DNA from: Eledone cirrhosa
Lineage: Eukaryota
Assembly: GCA_964016885.1 (NCBI GenBank)
Contig: OZ024742.1
Span: forward strand, 239,072,001 to 239,136,000
Direction of reading: 5' to 3'
DNA length: 64,000 bases
The translations under genes and the position numbers were made by a program. Below, in pieces: positions 11,318 to 25,150 of the stretch. Below the pieces are notes generated by a model that had not been told where the DNA came from, did no database searches, and saw nothing but the letters and a program-made list of their open reading frames with translations. Within the stretch, counting starts at the first letter, position 1. Every line of letters starts with the position of its first letter.

Positions 11318-13338
11318 GGGAAGGTAAAGGGGCAAAACTAAATATTACAATTCACTTAGTCAGGTACCATTTATGCCATTCCACTGACGTAGCGTATTCT
11401 ACTAACTAGACCTACTAGAAATAACAGCTCAGTCTCTTCTCTTTCAAATTATACTCTATCTTTATAAAAAAAAAAAAGCGAGGCGGAGTTATACATTGGA
11501 CAATATAGTTCTAGATAGGGTATATGTCAGAAACTAAGACGAGTAATGACAACTTGAATTACTTTGATCATAGAGCTGTGCTCAATCAGGGACTTAACTA
11601 CAAGATAAAATTATTTTGTACGATTGGAAAATAATGTGAAAAAATTTCTTTTGTTAAACTATGAAGCTAGTTTTATGATACTTCATTTGAATGTCGAGCA
11701 CCGTAGTGAATAATTACTTTTCTTTGGAAGAATAGTCTATTTTTAACTTTTAGTTCAATAACGAGTTAATTGCACGAGAGCACATAATAACATTCATGAA
11801 ATTTCGTTCGTCATTGCCGATCTTTTGCCTATTTCTTGACACAGATGTTCAGTGCCTTTATTCAAAGTACAATATGCGTCAGACATTTTTCGATGTCAAA
11901 CTAGTCATTGGTTTTGAGAATATTCATATTTGTTGGTGTAGACTTTCTAAATATTGGCAGAAATGATTAACTCCCTTCTTATTTTATATTGAGTTGTGGG
12001 CGATCTTTGATGATAACATACCATTTTCACTTTAGTAAACTATAGCTTTCCTTTGTTTAAACACACAGTTCATTGAATTTTCAACATGTCTTTAATGCGT
12101 TTAACAAATAAGGCAACGCCTTTGCTTTACCCCGGAAACTTTTTACTATTCTATACGCATACCTTCTGTGTTTATAATGTATTTATAATTCCTAAAATAT
12201 TGTTTTGGTCTAACAGTAATATTTTCGGCGAGTAATTGTGAAGTTCACAATCGGATGTTCCAGGCGACTTGACTGTTTACTATTCAAATTCTTGTCCCCT
12301 ATTACATAAGGATAATGGTGGGTGGGGGGCAGGTGACGAATATGAAAGCAATTGTGAGTAGAGGCAGATGGAAAATAAGACAATGTGCATGATTCAAACA
12401 AACAAAAGGTGTGTTTTAAGCAGTTAGGAGCAGGAGGGGGGCAAAAATCAATTGTACTTACCTCTGTTCTGTCATCGAAAAGTATATTTTTTTGATTTGC
12501 TTGGTAAATAGATACCAGCCTGTCAACATTTCGATAAATAAGACATACCCCCCCCCCCCCCGTTTCATAATTGGATAAAATGAAAGTATGGTTGAAACGA
12601 CACTATTCCACATGCCAGGGGTTGTTATAGTCCGATATTAGATGGGTCGGAACCTCCTCATTTTTGCTCATATATTCCCTATTTGGCACGGTTTCTACGG
12701 CTGGGTGCCCTTCCTAACACCAGTCACCTTACAGATTGTACTAGGTGGGTTTTTTGTGTGTGTAGCATTAACAGTAACGCTCTATAGCGTGTACTAAGTA
12801 CATTTTATCGTGGCACCAACATTAGAGAGGTTGTCAGCATAGTGCATATTAGAAAATCAAAGAAATCTTAGTGCAGGTATATAACTACATTTTATATGCC
12901 TCGCTAAGAAAATTTTAATAAATGTAGGAAATATTCTCTTTGTGCCCCCCCCCCCCCCCAAAAAAAACAAGAGGTTGCCTATTCATGTTTAACAGCTAAT
13001 TAGTTTTTCACCAGAAGATAATTACCTTTATCCATCTGTCCACAAAGAGAGCTATAGTTAAATGCTATTTAATACAAACTAAAACTCAATTGAAATGGCC
13101 AAAGTAATTTACATAATGACTATTTGAGCACAACACAGCCTATATTAGAAAATCTAAAATATATTTTAGAGTTGCACTTGTTGAAACTAAAACAATAACT
13201 GTGTGGAAGTAATTTTAGCCATTTAAAAACAAAAACTTTATATATCATTTATTTCTTCTTGGTGTTAAAATTTTCGATGGTGAACCGAAAATGTTGACAC
13301 TGAGAAATAAATGTGATATACAAAGTTAACAGTTTTTC

Positions 13339-15660
13339 GTCATCATCATTGTTTTACGTCCTCTTTTCCATGCTAGCATGAGTTAGACGAGTTGTCCTAT
13401 TGTGGGTAATGCCAGGTCAGGTGACCATGTCTTGCTCATATAGAACTGATTTTGGCTTGATTTCTACAGCTGGATGCCCTTCCTAACGCCAACCTCATTT
13501 ACAGTGAGTACTGCGGGATTTTTGTTATGACACCTACACGACCACTTTACAGTGTGGGCTGGGCATTTTATGTTGTTGCCAACACAACTACTTTACAGTG
13601 TGGGCTGGGAAAGTAGATCTAGGGACGTGTGTGAAGGCAAAGTGTTAGGATGTGGGAGGTGTATGGAAGGGGGGATGGAAGTGAAGGTGGTGCAGACAAG
13701 ATGTATGCTTCAACCTGTGCCCATGGAAAGGCAGGTCTTCTGTATTACTGCATCATAACACTCGAGGCCTCGGTCCTGTGTCATCGCCTTTGAGAGGTGC
13801 AATTGTGCAAGGTCAGCTTTTATCACCTCAGCCCAAGACTTCTTAGGTCTTCCTACTCCATAGCTTCCATCAACTTTGAGCACTCTGCACCGTTTTATAC
13901 AGCTGTCATCCTTCATACGCAGCATGTGTCTATACCAATGCAATCTCCTCTCTTGTACGTTGCATTGGATTCTTCTTGTGCCCAGTTTCTCTTTCTGTTC
14001 ATTTATGCTTTGCCATTCGTGTTCTATTACAAATTCCAAGCAACCATTAAGCCCATATTACTTTATGGATCCGAAACTTGGACACTAACATCACAACTTG
14101 AGAGGAGTTTGGATGGCACATATACCCGCCTCTTAATGAGAGTGCAAAACCTATCCTGGAAACGACATCCCACCTTGTCTAAAATCTATGGCAAACTCCC
14201 TCGAGCCTCTGCCCTTCTAAAATCCCGGAGACCTCAATTTGCTGGCCACTGTCACTGTGCCAGCAATGAAATCATATCCGCTCTCTTGCTCTGGAACCCT
14301 GACTCCAGCCTGACTAGGAATAGGAAGCTGTCATTCCCTGACGTTATCTCTAGGGATACGGGAATCAGCAGACAGGACCTGGGGACAGGGGATTCTGGAG
14401 CATGAGAGTGAGATCCATGATCTCGACAGTAGTCGACGAGTGATGATGAGGATGATGACACATCCATCGAAGCATGTAAACTTTATTTATTTCTAATCTA
14501 CACAGGTCTTATGCACACAGCACCCAAGCCTCACTACCATGCAACATTGGTGTTCGTTTACACGTATCATATAATCTGCCCTTCATTTTGAGGAAGAAAA
14601 CCTTTTGTAGCTAGCAGCAGTAGTAGCTCCCTGAACTTCTTCCATCCTGTTCTAACTCTGGCTACTGTACTTTCAGAACACCTACCTCCACTGCTAATTT
14701 GGTCACCCAGGTAGCAGAAGCTGTCTACTACTTCTACATGAACCTTCCAAAAATTTAATAGCGCTTCTTGTGGGTGTTTGCTGCTTACTGCTCTGGTGCA
14801 ATGGCCACATGTAAAACCTACGTTTTTAGCTAAACTACCTGAGATCCCACTACATCTCTTGTGTACTCATAGTTTGCATTTGGGATAGAGGATGGAATTT
14901 CTACCTATGCCTTTCTTACATACTGAGCAAGGCCATTTCCCTCAAGGGACTCAGGGCTTGTTTTCCCTTCTGTTTACTAGGACCTTAGTCTTTGTAAGGT
15001 TGGCTTTAAGACCCTTTGATTCTAGACCATTCTTCCAGATTTGGAATTTCTTTAATTCTACCATAGATTCAGTTAAAAGTGGGAGATCATCTGCTTACAG
15101 GAGTTCCCATGGACATTCGGTCTTAAACTCCTTTGTCTGCAGGACAATGATAAACAGGAGGGGGTTCAGAACAGAGCCTTGGTGGACACCTACCTGCATG
15201 CTAAATTCTTCACTATAGTAATTGTTAATCCTAACTTTGCTGCTTGCTCCCCTATACATGGCTTGTACAGCCTTGTCAGGTTTTTTTAGGTTTGTGTTGC
15301 ATATCGGTAGATCATTGGTTGTAGAATTCTAGTCACCTAAAACCTTCATTTTTTTCGGCAAACCCGTAGCCTCTATAAACTCTGTAGAAGCCATCACTGT
15401 TATCCAACGTGTCCATTAAAGTCCCCTGCAATGATTGGACAGTCACTGTCATTTGTTAGGGTAGTAATCTGCATTAGGGATTTTTAAAACCTATCTTTTA
15501 GTTCATCTGACAACCCATGTTCAGGTGCATATGCAAATATAATTGTAACCATTGTTCTATTTAGCACTAGTCAAAGTTTAATTGTTCCCTCGTTCACTTT
15601 ATCTACAGAGATTACCTTATTTATCCATTTTTCAGCTAATAAAATGTCCCCCCCCCCCCC
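13339..15660 (-). mobile_element. Degenerate RTE LINE (long-UTR family), interrupted at ~14030-14458
   Basis: (ATC)n tail at ~13339, reverse GGATGCCCTTCCTAAC, ORF piece VQERRLHWY..KKSWAEVIKADL, with RT and endonuclease remnants further right. Confidence 0.88.
14030..14458 (+). mobile_element. 5'-truncated second-family RTE-like LINE nested antisense in the 13339-15660 LINE
   Basis: FQATIKPILLYGSETWTLT..LDGTYTRLLMRVQNLSWK..QFAGHC, ending in a GATGATGAGGATGATGA tail. The host LINE resumes at ~14459. Confidence 0.85.
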
Positions 15661-16614
15661 CCTACTTTTTGGCTACAAGGAGTTGAGCTGATTCTCCATA
15701 CATTAATTTTCTTTTTCTCTAGCATTTCAACAATCTCTCCTGTTCTTTCTTTCATTGTGCCCACATTTTGGTGCCAGTTTGGAAGCTTGAGTGTTTGCAA
15801 TCAGGGGCAGAGAAGGAATATGAGGGTGGGTGTATCTGAAATAAAGAAGGTTCACATGGTCACCTGGGAATGTGTGGATTCATATTCATATTTAAGGTTG
15901 CTCTATAATTGCAGTTCATCCGTAATAAACAAAAACCTCCAAAGAGAATAGGAAAGATAGTAGCAGTTGGAGCAGCAGTAGTAGTTATTGCTGGAAGTTC
16001 TTGCTCCAGACAGTGAGTGAAGATATATTTGATTTGCCATGGTTTGATTGGTCTATGAAGCTAAGGTGGTGTGAGGTGGGTGGGTGGAAGGGAAATAGGA
16101 TGACTAAAAGAGTGATGTGACTAGTGTTTTGAGACATGAAATAGAATAAATAGGAAAACATGAATTAGAAGCTGTTTAACTACATGGTGATCGAAAACAT
16201 GAGATAGAATACAATGACCTTGTTAACTGTTGGTGATAGAAAACATGAAATACAATATTATACATTGAACCAGTAAGCTGGTGGCGATAGAAAACATGAA
16301 ATATAATTGAATATAATGTACCAGTAAGCCACATAACTATTTGGGATCTAGTTAGGTTAGGAAAAGAAAAAAAGAAATCTTGGAGTTTGTAAATACAAGC
16401 AGTGCATAAAATGATTAATTTAGCATGTGACTTTTTTCAATATATTATATCTAATGAATTTGTTTTTCATACCCTTAAAATTCTGATGTCATTCCTCCAA
16501 ACCTTTCTGCAATGAGTCAGCCAATGCAGATCATTGATTCAGTATGTGGGGAGAGGGGATTTTTTTGTGTGTATTTGTTATTTTTGTTGATGCTGGAAGA
16601 CCTTAACATCTTGT

Positions 16615-16800
16615 AAGGATTTAGCAGAAAATATATAAAAGTGGATTTGTTAATTCGAATGTTTATATCTTTACTAGTGGACAGATCATTGTGAAAAGTT
16701 GAACTTTACAATATTGGTATTAGTAAAAACTTGAATTTTTAATGTGATACAGTCATTGTACTGATTTGTACTTTTAAAAAATTGACTTGCATGTATGGAA
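16615..16800 (+). repeat. Dispersed repeat, possibly a non-autonomous Helitron; copies at ~21912-22110 and ~51787-51970
   Basis: All three loci share TTTAGCAGAAAATAT...TTTGTTAATT...CAGATCATT...TTTTTAATGTGATACAGTCAT. Confidence 0.6.
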
Positions 16801-17049
16801 TGTTAAGAGTTAAAGCTCATGAAATACTTTCTGTAGTTTATAATTTTTACTCATATTTCAAAAATGAAATGTATTTGTTATAATTTTTCTGACCTAGTTT
16901 TATAGATCAGATTACTTTATTTTCATTTTTTTATGACATCCTTCACACATGTCTCCCAACATAGGCTGCTTTTTTTTTTTTTTTTTTTTTTACAAATTAC
17001 CTGAAACTGGTTTTCTGATAGAAAATTATTGTTTGTTTTAAAATGTTTA

Positions 17050-18510
17050 TCATCATTTTACATTTACATGTCAAGGTGGGATAAGTTGTTATGATCTGAG
17101 ACCTGATGGGTCGTAGCAACCTTATTTTGCTCATACATTCCATTTCTGGTATGGTTTCTATGGCTGGATGCCCTTCATAGCCCCAGCCAGCTTACAGGAT
17201 GTACTGGGTACGTTTTTTGTGGCAGCAACACTAACATTTTACAATTTAGTGCATGTTATTATGACATCAGCACTAGAGAAGGCTGTCTCCGTTCGATTTC
17301 CAATACTGTAACTTCCAATTTCACACCATGCTTACTTTTAGCGTCACAATACTTGTGGATGAGTCTTTTGTGTCAGCTTGGTTATGTTATCTCCTTCATT
17401 CTTCACAACTTTGTTCCATGTTTTTCTTGGTCCTTCTTTAATAGGTTCCATTCACTTCAAGTGCTCAACATTCTTTTATACAACTCTCTCAGTCTTCTTA
17501 TGCATCACAGCATCATCACCGTTTAACATCTATCTTCCATGCTAGCATGGGTTAGACGGCATACCCATACCAATTCAAACATTCTCTTGCACACTACATT
17601 CAATTCCTTTTATACTCAGCTTTTCTCACAGCTCATTCATGTCCAGCAAAGCATGCATGTTTCATTTCTTATTAGTCACTGAAAATCATGCATCATAGCA
17701 GTTCAACCACAAGCATCATATAATCTGCCCTTATTCTGAGAGAGAAGCTTTTTGTTGCTATCAGAGGTAATAGCTCCCTGGATTTCCATCCTGTTCTCAC
17801 TCTGACTACAACAGACACTTTCATTATATCCATCTTCACTGCTAATGTGGTCCCTTAGATAGCAAAATCTATCTACTACTTCTAGTGAGCATTTGAGGGA
17901 GCTCATTTTTCAAGTACCCTTACTATTGACTACTGTGCACTTGTCATGTGTGAAGTCTACTTTTTCTATCAGTTTACCTGTGATCTTACTGCATCCCTTG
18001 TCTGAAGTTTCTGCCTACTCTGTTTAGGTATATTGAGCATGGCCATTCACTTGATGGTATTTGCGATGTATCCTCTTTCCTACTTATTAAAACTTTAGTC
18101 TTTGTAAGTTTATCATAAATTTTGAATCCATATTTTGTATCCATATCAGGAACTTTTGCTCTAGTTCTACAGTTTCTGCTATGAGGGCTAAATCATCAGC
18201 ATGTGTAAGACTGGTACTAGCTTCCTGAGTGTCCCACCAAATGCTAAGTATAGACGTTTATTCTCAGCTTAGTACTTCTTCTGCAGTTGTCTAACTAGGA
18301 AAATGGCATCCGTAGTGTTTCTCCCTGGCACAAAGCCAAACTGCATCTCATCAAGATTAATTCTATCCTTAATCAAATTTGCTGTCATTCTTTCTGTAAC
18401 CATCATAACTTAATCTAACAATTTGATGCTTCTGTCTAGTTGTTGACAATGATGCTACTACACTAGTCATTGGGTATGACACCTTCCTGTATACAAATGA
18501 CTAATCTGTG
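17050..18510 (-). mobile_element. Highly degenerate RTE LINE
   Basis: LEVVDRFCYL..HISSEDG, KGRLYDAC and the reverse of DEMQFGFVPGRNTTDAIF are present, with a UTR remnant at ~17050-17280. Confidence 0.8.
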
Positions 18511-20605
18511 TCCTGCAAAACTTTCCATCATAATTTTATGTAAGAACTATTATTTTCAAAACACCAGATTAATAATGAGAACGTTAGTTATATTACTAAA
18601 TCTCTCCAAATTCTTTATTTTAAAAATTATTTGAAAATTATAGGTAGTTGTTTTCATACTTTATGTTTATATCTTTGTTAAATTTTGGGTTTTATTTGCA
18701 TAGAAATGGTTGTTTCGTTTGGCTACTAGCATTTTGTTTTTAGAATAAACTTGGCAAAATACCCAATCCACACTGTATAGTGGTCGTGTAGGTGTCATGA
18801 CAAAAAGAACCCAGCACACACTGTAATGTGGCTGGCATTAGGAAGGGCATCCAACTGTAGAATCCAAGCCAAAATTAGATATTCCCCCACAGATACTGTA
18901 AAATAGTTTTTAAAAGTATGTTAACTGGTCATGAATCTCAGCTTTGCAGGAAAATAAAAAGAATTCTTAGAAAACAATAAAACCATAGAATTTCTGAAAT
19001 GTCATAATGCCAAAATTAGAATTGGCATGCTAGGTTAGTTCTCTCTCTCATCTGGCTTATTTTAAATTTTTTTTCCCAAGGAAATGTACTGACATTTCTT
19101 AGTAACCAACTTCATTATTTTCAGTGTAGTTGGTGTTTTATATTTGTTTTGCCAATTATGTGTGGGATGAAACAACAGAATATACCTTTAATGTGTTGTT
19201 GTGAATTTACACTAAAACTAAAATTGTAAAATTGATTCACTTATTTAAAATAGTTATTAATATGTAGGCAATCTCATAGATGATTTGAAGCATGTACATT
19301 GGATTTAAAGAGAAAAATTAGAGCAGTTTAAGAAGATAATATTTACTGTCTGCAGCCTGAGTAACTTAAATATGCTATTAATTATAAAATGGATTAGTAA
19401 CCTGCTTGATTATTTGTAGATTTTAAGGAAATTTCATCGTTGTATGGCATACAAGTCTTTCAACAGAAAGCCTAACATATTAGGTATGATGTTGTGTAGT
19501 CCAAGTGAGCCCACAACTAGCTAGATATACTATTTTTCTGCCTTCTTACAGATTGTGCAGTGATTTACCATATGGGTTGTAATGTGGAAATCTGGGAATA
19601 TTGCAGTTTCTTCACTTTCCAGTTGATTGCTACTTAACCCTGAGTTAGCGACGAATCATCATAAGTCATGCAATTTAAAAAAAAATTCCAACTATGACAT
19701 TCTGTTTTTTACTCAAACGGTGTATCTAAGGCTACATTATCCAATATTACATACATCTTTTTTAAAGACAGTTGAATGTGAGCTGAAATTTGGCTACTAT
19801 TTCTAGCAAGTTAAGTGACCTTGTAGAGGTTTTCTCACTGGTTTTTGTCTTTTCTTGTAGGTTTTAATAGAGTCCACTGTGGTGGCTGGTAAAATTACCT
19901 CTGTCAGGGTATAGTAGTTCTACACTTCTGGTCGTGTATGTCCCAGCATAGTGTTTGGAGGCTAATTATTGTTGTTAATGCTATTTTTATTTGTATACTT
20001 TTTGTGTTTGTTGGAGTTGAGTGTGAATAAATGGTGTTATATTAACATTCTGGGTGTTGTAGATGTTTTTTTTTTGTGGTGGTGGGGGTATTGAATGTGT
20101 TGGTTGTGCTTTATCTGTTACAAATTCGCATGTCCAGATGGTCTTTCATCATGTTAGTAGTTTATGTGAAGTGCACTATTTTGTATTCTTTGTAATTTAT
20201 CAATGAAACATTTTGAGGATTTGAAATATTGTTTGTATGCTAGATGTTTTTCTTTGTGTAGATTCTGGTTTAGCCTGGTACTTATTTTGTGAATCTCTTT
20301 TTGCTGAACTATTGAGTTATGAAGCATAAACAATCAGTAAATGTAAACCAGCATGGACCCCTAAACCTTGGTGTGTGTGTATATATATAAATATATAACC
20401 GGCATCTTCATAGTTTCTGCCTACCAAATTTCACCAACAAGGCATTGATCAACTTTAGACTATAGTATAGTAGAAGACACCAAAAACAGGTAGTTGCAAA
20501 GCAAACTCTGAAACCACACAGCCAAAGTAGGGCAGATATTACTGTAATAGAAAATCACTAGATTGCATGTTGTCTTTTGGTACTGCACTGCTATGTTAAC
20601 ATACT

Positions 20606-20757
20606 TTTGGGGATCAATTTTGCTCTCTTTCCTCTTTCAGATATTAGGTTAATTTAGCTATCTTTTTCCTCTCAGATACATCATTAATTTAGTTATCTCC
20701 TTCCTCTCAGACACATGGTTAATTTTGCTAACTCTTTTGCCTTAGATACTGGTGAGT
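20606..20757 (+). repeat. Four 35-bp tandem units, each resembling a 3' splice site
   Basis: Polypyrimidine plus YAG ends at 20640, 20675, 20710 and 20745 (exact 35-nt period). Confidence 0.75.
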
Positions 20758-22724
20758 AAATTTAATCATGTTATACTCTTTCACTTACAAAATTTGTCTT
20801 CTCTCTAGGCAAAAACAGATAATTGTTAGCAGAATCTGGATTGGATGATTTAGAATATTTAGATCAGTGCATCCATCTTCCGAGTTCATATTCTACCAAA
20901 TACTGCATTATTTTAGTACTTTTTTTTTTATTCCTTCAGTAAGGGAGCCTGTTAGTGATACAAATTTCAGTATTTATAATGGTCATTGTTCCTTTCTCCA
21001 CCTACTTCTACTTAGACATATATCATTTCTTAACCCTTTTGATACCAACCTGCATATAGATGATGGTTGTTAGGTAAAGAAGTGCCAAGAAATCCCAGTG
21101 GGAGGAAGTGCTGAGAGCCAGATCTCAAATCATTGAACCTCACAGAAGAGATGACAAAGGAATGCAACAATTGGAAGGAATCTCACTACATCTATATACT
21201 ACTAAAATTCTGTGATTGTGTGCTTGTCTGTAATTTAATACAGCCAAAACGGCGCATAATGAAAAAATACTTTGGAAGGAACTTGCCCCTGAAATGGGAA
21301 TACAAATGGAATAGAATAAGTTTCGCGTAAATTGGAGCACAGGTTCCTGAGATACAGAGTTTTTCCAGGGACCTTCATAAATAAAGAGAGCGAAAGAGGT
21401 AGTGGTTGTGAGAGAGTAGATTGAAAGAGAGAGAAGGATGTAGCGAATATTTCCTTCTAAATAGGAAGGGTTTCTAAGTGTGTGTATATATATATATGTC
21501 TATATACACATACATATATGGGCCTTCCAATTTCATTTTACATTATATACATGTCTGTGTATATTTTAATTATTTTTAAGTGAACATGATTTTTAAAAAA
21601 TATCGTGACCCAACAGGTCACAGGTGGCCTAGGTATTTATAATGGCTATAACTTAATTGTTTATATTAGACATTTGATTAGTGTTTTTTTTTTTAAAAAA
21701 CCTTTTTCATATTGACTGTGAACTATATTTGAGATCTGTCAACTGCACATACTATTAGACACATTACTGGTGACACATGTGGTATTTATATATTAATTTT
21801 GTTTCTAACAAAAGTTAATGTGTAATGAAAAAATGTTATTTTTAAAAAAATGTGTTGTTAATGTATAAAAGTTTAAAGGTCAAATCAGTATGGCTGTTTA
21901 TTGTTTAACTCTTAACGTTTAGCAAAAAATATCTTTAAAAGAAAAAGGTTTGTTAATTCAAATGTCTATAGTATCTTTATTGGTTGACAGATCATTGTGA
22001 ACATTTGCAGTATTACAGTAAAGACTTCGATTTTTAATGTGATGCAGTCATAGAGCTGTTTTGTACTTTTCAGGAATGCCTTGCTAATGTGGTTTTATGT
22101 AGTACAAGACATTAAGAATGAATCTTCTCAGCTTTATGACAGTATTCCTTTCCGTGTTTTTGATGGCAATATAATTGAAAAATTAGTTATCTTCCATAAT
22201 TATCCTAGTCTATCCACTACATCCCTTGTTCAAGAACTGCAAATGACCAAACCAACATAAATTACATTGAAATTAAGTCTGGTAAAATCAGTTTTGAGAT
22301 TGATGTTTGCAAGGCTGAACCATCTAATTGTGGCATTGTCATTCTGTACTGCATCAGGAGAAAAATGAAATTTATAGCTCATGCCTACGCAGGTTTAGCT
22401 GGCCTCCTACAAAGTTGCACATCACAGGAGGTTTAATGATAGGGGTTCTAGTCCTATAATGAAAAACAAAAATATTTTCTGCTAATACAGGATGTTAACA
22501 ATTTTGTTACTCTAAAAAACCAAGTATCTCTAGCATTTAAATGTTGCTTCATTGAAAAGATAAAAGAAATACTGAAACACCAGAACAGTCTCCTGTGCTT
22601 GTGAAAATGCTTAAAATATAAGTCATTGAGCTTATATCATTTCTTGGCTTGAAGCCAAATTTCTTGTTTTTCAAGTTACGTTAATTGCATTTATAAAAAA
22701 TTACTTTTATGGTTTTGTTATATT

Positions 22725-23825
22725 TGGGGAGGGTCATGTTGTCCCAATATTGCCAAAAATAGTAAAACACACTCACTGTTTGGTTTGCTTTCGCTTCAGT
22801 ATATTTTTATAAATAATTTAGCTGGCAATCAATGTTTATCATTAATTGAGCAACAGTTAAAAATATAAATATAAACAAAGTTATCTCGGATATCGAGTTT
22901 GAAGCATGAGTGTTTTAGAATTTGTAGAATAATGGGAAGAACTTAACGCAAGGAAGCTGTTAAAACAGCAAAATACCATCAATGTTTACCTCAAAGGATA
23001 GAAATCAACAGCTAGAAATGTGTTGGCCCACAGAAGCGGCAGGAAGGAGAAAAGGAAGAAAATAGACGAGAGGAGATCACACCAGCGTTTAAGTACACTC
23101 ATCAGCTTTTAGACTGCCTATGGTTTTGACGTGCAACAGTGAAATAATTATTTCTGTTGGTATGATGTTTGTGTGAGGAATGAACAGATTAGATAGACAG
23201 ACATACAGGTCAGAGAGAGAGAGAAAAATAAAATGCATCCACTCGGCAGCAACAGGTCGCTGTTAGAAAAGACAACAAAAACTGTCTGCAGAAATAACAA
23301 ATAAGGGCAGTTGGTGGGAGAAGGAAAGAAAAGTAATTTCTCAAAGTTTTTTTGTCAAGTATTTCTGTGACATTTTCAGTGATTATCACTGTTTTTCCTC
23401 CCATTGTGTTTCTATAACGTTTTTTGGTTGTCTCTGTTTGTGTGTGTGTATTCGATTTGGTGTGTGCTCGTGTGGTCATGTCTGACTCTGCTTGTGTTTT
23501 TGTGTTTATATTCTATGTGTGGGTGTTATTGCATCTGTGTATATTTATGTTCTATCTTTGATCACTAGTGTGTACTTGTGTATAGTTCTTGCTATTCCAC
23601 TCATGTTTTCTGTTCAGCCAAGGTTTTCTTAATTCTATTTCTGTAGCCTCCCTAATTTATCTAATTGTCGAGTCATTCCTATACTTAAATATTTTAACTT
23701 CTATGTTGTCGATTTTACCATCATGTTTTAGTCAGGTGTGTTCATATAGTAGTGAATTGTCTTTTTTTCCTTTTAGTTCACTCCAGTGTGCACCTCTCCT
23801 AGCTTTATCACACAGTGTGTCATGC
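22725..23825 (-). mobile_element. Penelope-like relic (GIY-YIG C-terminus plus pLTR with a decayed hammerhead at 23341-23382)
   Basis: The minus frame reads NSLLYEH..KHDG..IEVKI..IREATEIELRKPWLNRKHEWN. The terminus TTGGGGAGGGTCAT is shared with the units at 49357 and 61436. Confidence 0.7.
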
Positions 23826-24023
23826 TGAACCCCCACATGAATTACGTTACACATCTAGGGAATGCTCAATCACTTGCACGTTAATTTCATGAGCAGGCTG
23901 TTTCATTGACAAAACAACTGGAACACTCATTGTCAGAACCAGTGGAGGTCCATGACCTTTCTTTTGTCATTCCTCTTAGTCTTGACTATCACTTTATTTT
24001 GATTATTTTTCTTTGAGAGATAA

Positions 24024-24280
24024 ACGTGGCTGTGTAGTTAAGAAGTTTGCTTACCAGTCATACAGTTCCGAGTTCAATCTCACTCTGTAGCACCTTAGGC
24101 AAGAGTCTTGTAGTGTAGCATTGGAAGCTGTGCAAAGTCCTATCATATATCTATGGTGGTGGTGGGGCTTTTTGTATATTGTGAAGGTGCGTGAATTAGT
24201 GCTTATAAACATGAGGTCAAGTTTTATTCCTGGTGATGCATTACATCCTTGAGCAAGATACTTTATTTCATGTTGCACAA
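24024..24280 (+). repeat. Two degenerate tRNA-derived SINE heads
   Basis: A-box-like GTGGCTGTGTAGTTAAG, B-box GAGTTCAATC and CCTTGAGCAAGA.ACTTTATTTCA core. Confidence 0.65.
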
Positions 24281-25150
24281 TCTTCTTTCTTTCATGCTAC
24301 ATCTGATTCTTATACACAGTTTTTTCTCAGCTCATTTACACTTTGTCATTCTATACTAACATTACACATCCACCAGAGCATGTTTGCTTCATTTTTTTTC
24401 CTATTCTCTACATTCAAGGCCCAAGACTCACAACATCAAGCATCATACAATAAGCTCTTCACACTGAAAGAGAAACCATTTGTTAATTAGATCACTTAGG
24501 TAACAAAACTTATCAACTACTTCTATGGATCCCTATTCCATGCACACCTTTAATGTTACTTACTCTGTGCATCTGTTACATACAAAATATACATTGTTTG
24601 TTAGCCTGCCTGTGAATCCACTACACCCCTTGTATACCCATAGTTTACGTTGAGTACACAGTGTAGCATTCTTACCTGCTCATTTTCTGTATATTGAACA
24701 TAACCATTTCTTTGATGGTATCAGGAACATGTCTTCTTTCTTGTTTGATAGAACTTTACTTTTTGCAAAGTTTATTTTAACCCTTTAGCATTTGCATTAC
24801 TCTATATATACTATTGTATTTTTACAGTAAAGGCTTTATCTCACAAATGTTTCGCATAATATCAAATCTATGAGATTTTGATATTATTTATTTTGAGAAC
24901 AATGCCTTAACATAAGTATAAGCCACTGGTTACAATTTGAACAGAAAGAGGTGAGAGAGTTATGGCTGGTTTAAATGCTAAAGGGTTAATGTCTTAAGAT
25001 TGCAGGTTTTGCTTTCATGTCTAAAATTTCATCTCTAAATCTACTACAGATTCAGCTCTAACAACTAGGTCATTAGCATAAAGGAGTTCCCATAGACAGG
25101 TGGCCTTAAACTGCTGTTATGGCCTGGAGGACTATGATAAACAGGACTTG
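24280..25150 (-). mobile_element. Degenerate RTE LINE interrupted by a piggyBac-type MITE
   Basis: Reverse-strand remnants of WELLYA.DLVV, PHD-region and LYDA motifs. Confidence 0.7.
24781..24985. mobile_element. piggyBac-type MITE; second copy at 54989-55170
   Basis: TTAA|CCCTTTAGCATTT ... AAATGCTAAAGGG|TTAA: 13-bp TIR with TTAA target duplication. Confidence 0.9.

Noticed and set aside
13797-14405. 202-aa ORF as a novel gene
   Set aside because: It is a chance fusion of antisense LINE sequence with a nested sense LINE fragment.
19860-20270. Possible old Penelope RT relic on the minus strand
   Set aside because: Only vague motif similarity; too degenerate to support without a search.
23080-23110. 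Minus-strand CUGAUGA as another hammerhead
   Set aside because: GAAA, stem II and the cleavage triplet could not be fitted.
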